In this document: positions 15,807 through 24,170 of the stretch, piece after piece
How positions within the stretch are numbered: position 1 is the stretch's first letter
Layout: each line of letters begins with the position of its first letter
IMG/VR virus record: IMGVR_UViG_3300029582_000347
Span: 1 to 26,455 of that record
Length of the DNA: 26,455 nt
Strand: one strand, 5' to 3'
DNA from: a virus
The notes under the pieces: generated by a model
Told to the model about the DNA's origin: nothing
The model's database searches: none
Seen by the model: the letters and a program-made list of their open reading frames with translations, nothing else
Position numbers and translations under genes: made by a program

Positions 15807-17051
15807 ATGACCTACCAGGCCCCCTACGCAGCCCGCTACGTTTCCGCCGCCGGCAACCAGATCCAGCTGCTCAACCTCTGGGACGATACGCCGGAGCCGC
15901 CCCGCTTCGGCGGTTCCATGGAGGCGTTTGAAACGTCGCTGGTGGACGGCCCCAGGGCGTTCGCGCAGGGGCTTGGAAGCGCCGTGGAGCAGCGTACCAT
16001 CGCGTTTTACCGCTGGTTCGTTGATTTTCAGGACATGGCCTCCTATCAGGAGAACATGGCTCTGTGGCTGGCCAGCAACCAAAACGGCTATCTCTACCTG
16101 CAGTTCGCCGAACAGCCGCAATGGCGGTTTGCCGCCGTCATCACCGGCTACCAGTTTGAAACGGAGAACTTCGTCCCGCCTCCGTCTCCCGAGGACGGCT
16201 ATCTGTGCCTGCTGGTCACGCTGACCATGACCGTCACCGACAGGACACCGGACAATTCCAACTGGGTTTTTGACGTGACGCCCGCTTCCGTGTCCGCGCC
16301 CGCGTCGGGAGGCCAGTATACTTTTTCTGTCGCGTCTTATTTCAGCCCGGGAAACGGGCAGAACACCGTCGGGCAGGGGTGGCAGGCCGTGCCGGGCGAC
16401 GGCGTCACCGTATCCAACGTTGTCAACGGCAACAACGGATCTTTCCGCGCCACGGTATCAACCAATGAAACCACGGAGGAACGGAGCCTCTATGTCACCG
16501 TCATCCAGGACGGAACCGGATTGTCCAAACTGGCTGAAATCATTCAGGAAGCCAATGCGCCTCAGGAAAAAACGGTCGGTTCCCCCATCTTCATGCAGGG
16601 GAATTCTTCCGCGATTGCGGCCTTGGGAAAAATGAACTGGCAGCAGTTCCGGTTAAGCTGGGGGGAACAGATGGCCGAGATTCCTCCATCCCCCGTTTCC
16701 ATCAAGTCCGTGACCGTTCCGCGCGGCAATTCCAATGAGATCAATACCACGCTTTCTATTTACGCCCTCAACGAGGACGGATCCGGGACGACCCTTCTCG
16801 GGACAAGCGCTGCGGCCGTCAATATGGGAGACAGCGAAGGAGCGTGGAGGGCGACTTTCGCATTTGAGACTCCGGTACAGGTAAATCCCAACCAGAAGCT
16901 TATCTTCCAGCCCGGAACGGCGATTTACACCAGTATCGAGACCGTCACGCCCTATGAATGGGGCGGCCTCTCTTTCCGGCCTTATCCGGAAGCCATCACC
17001 ATTACCGACCACATGGCCGCCATGTCTCTGGATATTGAATACATCGGATAG
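15807..17051 (+). CDS. Tail-associated protein with internal BACON-like Ig domain
   Basis: The segment SAPASGGQYTFSVAS...GWQAVPGDGVTVS...GNNGSFRATVSTNETTEERSLYVTVIQDG fits the BACON pattern (GG..tf.V.s..W......g.....v..N.....R...i.v.Q.g). Confidence 0.55.
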   Translation: MTYQAPYAARYVSAAGNQIQLLNLWDDTPEPPRFGGSMEAFETSLVDGPRAFAQGLGSAVEQRTIAFYRWFVDFQDMASYQENMALWLASNQNGYLYLQFAEQPQWRFAAVITGYQFETENFVPPPSPEDGYLCLLVTLTMTVTDRTPDNSNWVFDVTPASVSAPASGGQYTFSVASYFSPGNGQNTVGQGWQAVPGDGVTVSNVVNGNNGSFRATVSTNETTEERSLYVTVIQDGTGLSKLAEIIQEANAPQEKTVGSPIFMQGNSSAIAALGKMNWQQFRLSWGEQMAEIPPSPVSIKSVTVPRGNSNEINTTLSIYALNEDGSGTTLLGTSAAAVNMGDSEGAWRATFAFETPVQVNPNQKLIFQPGTAIYTSIETVTPYEWGGLSFRPYPEAITITDHMAAMSLDIEYIG

Positions 17052-17075
17052 CAGCATCTTCCCAAACATAACATC

Positions 17076-17357
17076 ATGAACGAACAACAAGAACACGGAA
17101 TAGAACGGCTTTTCGTCGAATTCGCCGAAGAATGCAACAAGAACCCGAATCTGAAACAGGCAGCGCAGGAGATGCGTGAAGGCGTTTTTGAGGCTGCGGA
17201 ATCCGCCGGCGTCAATCCTTCCCATGCCTTCGGCGTCATCATCCGCGATATGATGATTCTGGAATCCTTGCAGAAACGCGTGGAAGAATCCCGCAACGCC
17301 CTCACCGCCGGGAAACTGCCCGCTTTCGTCATCGAAGAAGCCCGCGAACAACAATAA
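17076..17357 (+). CDS. Hypothetical protein (tail assembly chaperone by position)
   Basis: 93-aa acidic ORF immediately upstream of the tape measure gene. No frameshift extension is evident. Confidence 0.35.
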   Translation: MNEQQEHGIERLFVEFAEECNKNPNLKQAAQEMREGVFEAAESAGVNPSHAFGVIIRDMMILESLQKRVEESRNALTAGKLPAFVIEEAREQQ

Positions 17358-17375
17358 CCCTCCACCTTTACCACC

Positions 17376-19262
17376 ATGGCCACCAAGAAAGAAATTGAAA
17401 TCAAACTCAAGTCCACGCTGGACGGAAAAGGCGTGGAAGAAGCCAAACAGCAGATCGACGCGCTGAACAAGTCTACGGAGCAGTTGGATAAAGACAGCAA
17501 GCAGGCAACCAGGAGCGTGAAGAACATGGGTCAGGGGGCCTTGCAGGCTGCCTACTTCTTCGATGACTTGCAGTACGGCATCCGGGGCATCATGAACAAT
17601 ATTCCGGGGCTGGTGATGGGCTTCGGAGGCGGCGCAGGTCTGGCCGGCGCGATGTCGCTTGCCGTTCTGGCCGGGGCGAAGCTTTACGATTGGATGAGAA
17701 AAACGGAAGACAAGTCGGCGGATCTCGCCAAAAAAATGAAGGAGCATAGCAAAGAGATTGCCGAAGCTTCTCGTCAGGCTATCCGGGCAAGTTATCAGGC
17801 TTTGCAGGAATTCAACCAGCAAGAACGCACCAAGACCGTTAATGAAGAGTATCAAAACTATGTAAAGGGAATTACCCGGGAATTTGAATATCAGACGGAA
17901 GAGCTTGAAAAACAAATTCGCTTGAGACGGGAGGAAGCGGCTCGCCAGAAAGGCATTGATACACGCCAGGCGGAGCTTGACCGCGTCAACTTGGAAGTGG
18001 GCTACCAGGAAGGAAGAATCACTAAGAGGCAGCGAGATTACGGCTTGATGATGGTTGATCAGAATCTGGACCAGAAAATCAGACAGCGTGATTTAGGCGT
18101 GGAGCAGGCTAATTATATGGATATTGGCAAACAGCTTGCGGAGGCAGTCAAGGCCCGAGATGCTGCGGAAGCTCATGCTTTTGATATGCAATTCAAGCAA
18201 GGGAACCTTCCTTCTCTTCAAAATGTTCTTGGCCTTTTACAGCAGCAAGAACGATCTCAACGGAGTATTGATAGCTTAGAAAGTCAACTTCCTGATTTAC
18301 GCGGGGAAATATGGGAGAAAAATAAAGAGTATAATAAAGTTTTGAAGAGAAATGGTGGTTATGAAACTACATATTCCAGTCTAGTAAAAAAAGAAATTGA
18401 TGATTTAGTTGCGAAGCAGGATCGGCTTGTTGAATTAATCAAAACGGCGAGGGAAGAGGCTAATCAGGCAAATGATCAGTTGAAATCTTTTCAAGATGTG
18501 CTTGGAGAAGGAGGCGTAAATCTTGAATTAGACTATAGCCAAGGAACAGATGTCAATAGTCGCTTCAAACAAGTATCAGATGCAGTAGAAGAGTTTAAGA
18601 AGAATACGGATGCCGCGAAAAAACAGTTTGATAAATTAACGGAGAAAGCCGGTTCTTTGGGGGATGCAATGGCTTCGACCGAAGCATCTATCAAAAACAT
18701 GGAACAAATTGATGCTATTCAAAATCAAATAGACGCCGGCAAGGTTAAATCATTTAACATGCAAAGAGACAGGGAAGAAGCAGAGGAAGCCCGAAGAAAT
18801 GAAGAAAAAATAAAGAAGGCTCGTGAACGGGCCGAAAGGGAGGCTCAAAAGCAGACTGCCGAGAGGCAGCAGGCGATGATCCGCGGCATTACTCTTGAAG
18901 GCGTTCCCGAGCATCCTACAGCCCAGCAACGCGCCCGGATTGCGGCTGCCCGCGAAGCTTTGAATGCAGGGAAGAAACGCCTTGCGGAAAGCATTTCTGA
19001 CAAAGATACGGAAATCGACCCCAGCGAGATTCAAGGGGCGTTTGACGTGATGGAAAACGTATTGAGAGAAAGCGGACAATACACTAAAAAATTGATGGAT
19101 TATTTGAAAATCATAGCAATAGCACAGGCTAGTAAGGTAAATGCCGTGCAAGCAGATACAAAAAAATATGTAGATGCTAAATTCGAGGAAATCTTGAAAA
19201 TAGTACAGAAGGGCAACGGAAGATTGCAAACAGGGATAAACCGGCTTGCCGGAGGCTTTTAA
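17376..19262 (+). CDS. Tail tape measure protein
   Basis: 628 aa. Has a Gly-rich hydrophobic segment (NNIPGLVMGFGGGAGLAGAMSLAVLAGA) and long coiled-coil Lys/Glu/Gln-rich stretches. Position is upstream of the tail-tip gene. Confidence 0.8.
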   Translation: MATKKEIEIKLKSTLDGKGVEEAKQQIDALNKSTEQLDKDSKQATRSVKNMGQGALQAAYFFDDLQYGIRGIMNNIPGLVMGFGGGAGLAGAMSLAVLAGAKLYDWMRKTEDKSADLAKKMKEHSKEIAEASRQAIRASYQALQEFNQQERTKTVNEEYQNYVKGITREFEYQTEELEKQIRLRREEAARQKGIDTRQAELDRVNLEVGYQEGRITKRQRDYGLMMVDQNLDQKIRQRDLGVEQANYMDIGKQLAEAVKARDAAEAHAFDMQFKQGNLPSLQNVLGLLQQQERSQRSIDSLESQLPDLRGEIWEKNKEYNKVLKRNGGYETTYSSLVKKEIDDLVAKQDRLVELIKTAREEANQANDQLKSFQDVLGEGGVNLELDYSQGTDVNSRFKQVSDAVEEFKKNTDAAKKQFDKLTEKAGSLGDAMASTEASIKNMEQIDAIQNQIDAGKVKSFNMQRDREEAEEARRNEEKIKKARERAEREAQKQTAERQQAMIRGITLEGVPEHPTAQQRARIAAAREALNAGKKRLAESISDKDTEIDPSEIQGAFDVMENVLRESGQYTKKLMDYLKIIAIAQASKVNAVQADTKKYVDAKFEEILKIVQKGNGRLQTGINRLAGGF

Positions 19263-19309
19263 CCAGCTTTTAGGCTTGCACTAACGCCGATTTATAGCAC
19301 CATACCACT

Positions 19310-19894
19310 ATGGCTAATTATTACGTTGCTTTTGACTCAAACCATGTTGATGGGCCTTACTCATTTGAAGAACTTGAAGCCTTGTACAAGGAAGGGAAAA
19401 TCTTGTCAGAAACTCTTGTTTGCCCTGAAGGAGGTCAGGAGTGGCTATCCTTTGGAAGGATTTATCATCTGACCAAAAACACCAACAGAAAATCAGAAGA
19501 AAAAGAAACGGAGTGGCAACCAAAGAAGAGATTTGTTGACATTCTTTTAGATAAGTCAGAAAAAAGAAGAGAAGAAAGACTATTAAAGGAAAAAGTTCCT
19601 AAAGGGAATCTTATTGAGTCAAAAAAAGAATCTATTTTAGAAAAAGATCCTTCTTGGAAAGAAAGTCAAGAATGGGATGAACAAGAACCTCTAAAAATTA
19701 CAGTTGAAGGTATATTTCGTTTTGTAGGCATAATTGCCCTCATTGCTGGATTTATATTGTTTTGTAACAATGTAGAAGAAAAGCAAACCGAAATAGGCTT
19801 TATTTACTTGGTTTCCGGGGCCTTCTCCTGCCTTGGCTGTTTCTGGTGTGCAAAGGTTCTGACGTTGCTCCAAAAGATCGCCGATAAGAAATAA
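19310..19894 (+). CDS. GYF_2 (DUF4339-like) domain membrane protein, probable moron
   Basis: N-terminus YYVAFDSNHVDGPYSFEELEALYKEGKILSETLVCPEGGQEWLSF. Lys/Glu-rich linker. Two C-terminal hydrophobic helices (FRFVGIIALIAGFILFC and IGFIYLVSGAFSCLGCFWCAKVLTLL). Very low local G+C. Confidence 0.65.
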   Translation: MANYYVAFDSNHVDGPYSFEELEALYKEGKILSETLVCPEGGQEWLSFGRIYHLTKNTNRKSEEKETEWQPKKRFVDILLDKSEKRREERLLKEKVPKGNLIESKKESILEKDPSWKESQEWDEQEPLKITVEGIFRFVGIIALIAGFILFCNNVEEKQTEIGFIYLVSGAFSCLGCFWCAKVLTLLQKIADKK

Positions 19895-19918
19895 ACCACT
19901 AACCATTTTACAAGCAGC

Positions 19919-22090
19919 AGGAACCACGACATCACCATCAATGACTTGCTGGCCCTCAAGCCGTCGAGCCTGACCCACGACCAGCAAAGCTTTTCCGTCT
20001 CCACCATCACCGCGGTTTATCCCGTGCGAACGCTGGGGGAGGTCTTGCCCTTCCAACAGTTCGATACTGTCGCCATCTCCCAAAACGGGAACACCATTCT
20101 TTCCGGCCTCGTTTCCAGCATCGAAAAGGCCTACAGCGGCTCATCCCGTGCGTGGAAAATCGTCTTTTCCGATCCCTGGTATTGGCTGGACAACTGCTTT
20201 GCGCTGGATTCCGAATGGAAGCCGGTCTTCTCCATGTGGAATAAAGTCAGCGGAGGGGGCGGCATCATTCCGAAGATAAGCATTTCCTCCGCGCTCTCCC
20301 GGGTGCTGAACCTCGCCAAACACCACCCGGCGGACTACGAGCTGCGTATCAGCGACGACAAGATGCTGATTCCGTGGAACGCCTCCTGCGATACGCTGGG
20401 CAGCCTCCTTCAATCCATCCGCCGCTGGTCGCCCCGGATGGTCTCGTACTACGACTACAGCGGAGCGCGCCCCAAGCTCATCATCACGGACTATGACGCC
20501 CTGACGCCCATTGCGCTTCCCTTGCAGCCGACGGAAACGGTCAAGTCCATGGACGTCTCCCTGATCCCCCGGGGCGACCTCGTTCCGCCCTGCGTGGCTA
20601 TCGTCGCGGAAACGACCGGCAGCAACGGCTACCGCGTCTCCTACCTGTCCAAATACCCGGAAGACGGGGACCCGACCTTGCCGCACTCCATTGTTTACCG
20701 AACGTCAGTAGACTTCTACTACTCCAAATACAGTTCTACGGGGGAGCCGGTAGAAGATCCGCAGCCGGTGCAGGGCACCAGGGCCGGCAGCCTGTCTTAC
20801 CAGCGCATGAAAGTGACGGGGACCAGGATTGACCAGAACGACATGATCAACAGTTTCTGGAAAAATCATTTCCCGTGGATGAAAGATGTAGGAGCAATCG
20901 CCGTCTATGACCAGGATCCGACCATCACCGGGAAGCCCTGGGACGGAACGGAGGAAGACAAGCCGCGAGGCTACAACACCGCCGCCACAGGCTATGAACT
21001 GACGGACGGGCAAATTCATACCAAATCCATCCGCCCGCAATGGTGCAATGCCACTATCAAGCAGCGTCTCGCCATCCCGGAAAGCGCCCCTGCCAAGTGG
21101 CGGGAGAAATTCAAGAATGTGGGGACCTTGCAGGGTGTGCCCTGCTTTTGGGAAGAATTCTCGGTAGATCTGGTCACCATGGACCGCCCCTTTGCGAGCT
21201 ACCCCATCGACGGCATCTACAACGGGGAGCAGCCCTCCAACGGGCCGGAAGAAGGGGAATCGCCGGAACCGTCGGAAGGTGTGCCCTATGGGGACATTGC
21301 AAAAACGGTGTGGGAATCCATGCAGGAATTGCCCTGGGACGGCTCTATTTCCTTTGTCGCGCTGGGGGATGCTCAAACGCGGCAATACATGGGCCGCCGC
21401 GTCTCGCTGCTGGGAGGGAACCCCGCATGGCAGAATATCAACACCATGATCCAGACGGTGAACCGCGACCTGCAGACCAACGTCATTACGTTATCCTACG
21501 GCGCGCCGGAACAACTGGGAATTGAAGAATGGGTAGAATTGAAGCGCGTGAATGCCACATCACGCAGATCCTCCACGCTGGAAAACATGCAGGGCGCGCC
21601 GGAATCGACGGAATACGCCTTTGACCCCAAGCCGGAATCCCCCACCATCAGCCAGCATATTACCAAGTCCACCGGGGAAGCCACGCCCGCGCCGGAATAC
21701 GGCTTCCAGGTGCGGGTACAGAAAGATACGGAGGGAGCCGTCACCGGGGCGCAAATCAAGCCCGGCGCGCTCTACCTGAACGGGAATCTGCTCGGCAAAT
21801 ACCCGCAGGGGGGCAGTTCCGGTTCCTCGTGGGTGCAGCTCACCCAAACCAGCGGGGAAGTATGGCTCAACGTCCACTTTGACCAGGACGCCAAATTGAC
21901 GGGCGTTGACGTCTCCGGCATTCCGGGGACGGTGTACCCAATCAGGCTTGCCGGAGAAAAACCGGGCGTCAACTTCGACTATTCCTTCCTGATTGCCGAC
22001 ATCGAAGATGACCAGGTGACGCAATACGCCCTGGGCATGATTCAGATTCCGGTCTTCGGAGGAACCTTCTACCCCTACGGACCAGCATAA
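19919..22090 (+). CDS. Tail tip / distal tail (host-specificity) protein
   Basis: About 723-aa ORF after the tape measure. The track start is TTG 19946. The start given here is the in-frame AGG at 19919, giving MNHDITINDLLALKPSSL. The family is not recognised; the call is by size and position. Confidence 0.5.
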   Translation, partial: RNHDITINDLLALKPSSLTHDQQSFSVSTITAVYPVRTLGEVLPFQQFDTVAISQNGNTILSGLVSSIEKAYSGSSRAWKIVFSDPWYWLDNCFALDSEWKPVFSMWNKVSGGGGIIPKISISSALSRVLNLAKHHPADYELRISDDKMLIPWNASCDTLGSLLQSIRRWSPRMVSYYDYSGARPKLIITDYDALTPIALPLQPTETVKSMDVSLIPRGDLVPPCVAIVAETTGSNGYRVSYLSKYPEDGDPTLPHSIVYRTSVDFYYSKYSSTGEPVEDPQPVQGTRAGSLSYQRMKVTGTRIDQNDMINSFWKNHFPWMKDVGAIAVYDQDPTITGKPWDGTEEDKPRGYNTAATGYELTDGQIHTKSIRPQWCNATIKQRLAIPESAPAKWREKFKNVGTLQGVPCFWEEFSVDLVTMDRPFASYPIDGIYNGEQPSNGPEEGESPEPSEGVPYGDIAKTVWESMQELPWDGSISFVALGDAQTRQYMGRRVSLLGGNPAWQNINTMIQTVNRDLQTNVITLSYGAPEQLGIEEWVELKRVNATSRRSSTLENMQGAPESTEYAFDPKPESPTISQHITKSTGEATPAPEYGFQVRVQKDTEGAVTGAQIKPGALYLNGNLLGKYPQGGSSGSSWVQLTQTSGEVWLNVHFDQDAKLTGVDVSGIPGTVYPIRLAGEKPGVNFDYSFLIADIEDDQVTQYALGMIQIPVFGGTFYPYGPA

Positions 22091-22101
22091 CCAGACACAT
22101 C

Positions 22102-22857
22102 ATGATCAGAATTTACCTATTCACCTATGCCGGCGACGCCGATGAAGCTCTCGTCTGCGTCCGGTGCGCTGCGGCGGCCCTCCCGGAAGCCGTCATCACG
22201 GTGGTGGACGATGAATCCGCCCCCATTGCCGAACGCGCCAGAACCGCCCTTGTTGAAGCCGGGGCGCGGTATTGTCAAACCAGCTGGCCAAGGAACGGCA
22301 ACTTGCGCGGGCCGGAATGCGTCCGGGGCATCATTTCCACGTTGGCCCGTGGAGCGAGAGACCACGACATTATTGTCAAAATCGACTCCGACACGCTCCT
22401 GTTGTCGGGGGACTGGGTTCGCGACATGAGATACACCGGGCTGGTGTTTCATGCCTCAGGCTACCAGGTCCCCAGCCATCCTTCCGAACGCTCCGCCTAT
22501 GGTCCGTGTTACGCCATAAAAGGATGGGCGGCCAGACTGGCGGCGAAGGAGCTGGAACAGGCTGACCTTCCTCCGCTCGCGCCGGAAGACCTCACCATCT
22601 GCCGGGCGGTTCAGAATCACTTCCCCGCCGAGCAGATCCGCCTTGATGAACCCTGGACGCCCTTTTACCGGGAAGGGAAATGGACGGCCTGGAACTGGTT
22701 CAGCATCGCCGTGACTCCGCAGAAATACGCGGATTTCTGGATGGTTACCTTCGGTAACCCGCGTCCCTCGAACATCCCGAAATCCGAGCGGGCCCGCGCG
22801 ATGGACGCCCTGTTCCGCTACCGTTTCCCGCAAAACGCAGACGGATCATCTTGTTGA
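22102..22857 (+). CDS. GT-A fold glycosyltransferase-like protein (candidate lysogenic-conversion gene)
   Basis: IYLFTYAGD...VITVVDDESAP...IIVKIDSDTLLL resembles the GT2-type nucleotide-sugar binding region plus a DxD motif. It is the last phage gene before the integrase. Confidence 0.45.
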   Translation: MIRIYLFTYAGDADEALVCVRCAAAALPEAVITVVDDESAPIAERARTALVEAGARYCQTSWPRNGNLRGPECVRGIISTLARGARDHDIIVKIDSDTLLLSGDWVRDMRYTGLVFHASGYQVPSHPSERSAYGPCYAIKGWAARLAAKELEQADLPPLAPEDLTICRAVQNHFPAEQIRLDEPWTPFYREGKWTAWNWFSIAVTPQKYADFWMVTFGNPRPSNIPKSERARAMDALFRYRFPQNADGSSC

Positions 22858-22889
22858 CGCCAACAACATGATCGGGGCAGGAAAGGAGG

Positions 22890-24077
22890 CTAACGGGCCA
22901 CGCCGACTGCGATCTTGCTCATGGCCGCCTGGACGTCCGCAGAATCCGGACGGAAATAGACCCGTTCAATTTCTTCGGAATCGTGTCCGACGATGAAGCG
23001 GCATAAATCCGGGGACACCCCGGCCAGGCGCAGGACGGTCACGGCGGTCGCCCGGAGGCTGTGGAAGCTCTTTTCCGAAAGCCGGTGACGGTCGCCTCTT
23101 ACTTCCCCGGGCATTTCGCGGATGATTCCGTACGTTTTCAAGAGTGTGGTGAACTCCGTGGAAAGCTTATCGGAACGCCCGCCCGCATGGGCATGGCGAA
23201 GTGCCGCCAAAGGGAACACGTAATCGTTCACCCGGTTGAGCAGACGCCTTTCCAACACCTCTTTCAAGGGCTGGATGATCGGCTTGTTCATGCGGCGCCG
23301 GCTCTTCTGCGTGGTCATGAACAGGAAGGAGTTCTTCAAGTCAATCTGCTCCCATTTCAGCGTCGCCAGGTCTCCGAGGCGCTGGCCTCCGGTGTAGAGG
23401 CACACCCGCACCAGATCCGGCCATTCGTCCGGGAAGCATTCAATGATGGTATTTACTTCCTCCATCGTGAACGCGCCGCGCAGCTGCTTTTCCGCCTGGT
23501 GGTCCGACCGGGAAGGCATGACGCCCCGGAACGGATTCCGGGAAAGGATCTCCCGGTCTACAGCGACATTGAACGCCGTGGAAAGCGTGGACACGTAGCG
23601 GATGACGGTACCTGCGGAAACGCGCTCTAATTCAGTTTCTACAAAATCTTTAGCCATGCCTTTATTCAAGGCGGCCAGGGGCATATTCCGTCGGTCTCCG
23701 AGGTACGCCAGCAGCCGGCGGACGGCCATGCCGTCCCGCTCATAGGCCCGCTTCTTGTTTTTCCGTCCGTCCAGCCAGTCAAACAGGAACCGGCTCACCG
23801 TCATGCCGTTCATGGTGGCTTTCAGCACGCCCGCTTGATCTCCGGCAATGGCCTTCACCTTGTCCAGGTCAAAAACCCCATAGCGGGCTTCCTTCTCCAT
23901 CTCCTGGGCGACGAGACGCGCCCGCGCTTCATTCTGGGACATGACCGATTTTTTATTCGCTCCCGGGAGAAGCGCCCTGGGAACCACGTCGATTCCGGTG
24001 GTTTTCCGCAGCTCTTTTCCGTCCAGAGACCGGAAGACGGCCACCCATTTATTGTTGCGTTTGATGATGCCTGCCAT
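22890..24077 (-). CDS. int: Tyrosine recombinase / phage integrase
   Basis: N-terminal arm-binding-type domain (MAGIIKRNNKWVAVFRS). Catalytic region includes GGQRLGDL, HSLRATAVT, VGHDSEEIERVYFRP (R..HxxR..H..Y). Adjacent to a tRNA gene. Confidence 0.95.
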   Translation of the reverse strand: MAGIIKRNNKWVAVFRSLDGKELRKTTGIDVVPRALLPGANKKSVMSQNEARARLVAQEMEKEARYGVFDLDKVKAIAGDQAGVLKATMNGMTVSRFLFDWLDGRKNKKRAYERDGMAVRRLLAYLGDRRNMPLAALNKGMAKDFVETELERVSAGTVIRYVSTLSTAFNVAVDREILSRNPFRGVMPSRSDHQAEKQLRGAFTMEEVNTIIECFPDEWPDLVRVCLYTGGQRLGDLATLKWEQIDLKNSFLFMTTQKSRRRMNKPIIQPLKEVLERRLLNRVNDYVFPLAALRHAHAGGRSDKLSTEFTTLLKTYGIIREMPGEVRGDRHRLSEKSFHSLRATAVTVLRLAGVSPDLCRFIVGHDSEEIERVYFRPDSADVQAAMSKIAVGVAR

Positions 24078-24082
24078 AGTGC

Positions 24083-24170
24083 TGTACAGTCCTTAGACAA
24101 TGTACAGTCGCATGTACAGGGTACTTTTTTCTGTCAGGTGCTTTCAGGTGCGCTCAAAACTGCGCAAAAC
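24083..24170. repeat. Short direct repeats in the int-proximal att arm (candidate Int/Xis arm sites)
   Basis: TGTACAG at 24083, 24101 and 24113. TCAGGTGC at 24134 and 24144. TGCGC(T)CAAAAC at 24149 and 24161. Confidence 0.45.

Noticed and set aside
17076-17400. A programmed -1 frameshift (G/GT-type) between the putative tail chaperone and the tape measure.
   Set aside because: No overlapping extended frame or slippery sequence is visible. The tape measure ATG follows 18 nt after the stop.
2346-19921. The leader AGGs being Shine-Dalgarno fragments for the downstream GTG/TTG starts.
   Set aside because: Distances from AGG to the canonical start are 24-171 nt, far outside SD spacing. For terS and terL, conserved domain sequence lies between the AGG and the canonical start. 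An AGGA-N9-ATC arrangement at the tail-tip gene (ATC 19931) is possible but is not shared by the other genes.
22851-22866. Hairpin TTGTTG-ACGC-CAACAA between the convergent glycosyltransferase and integrase genes, as a bidirectional terminator.
   Set aside because: It is only a 6-bp A/T-rich stem with no flanking U-tract on either strand. This is too weak to call.
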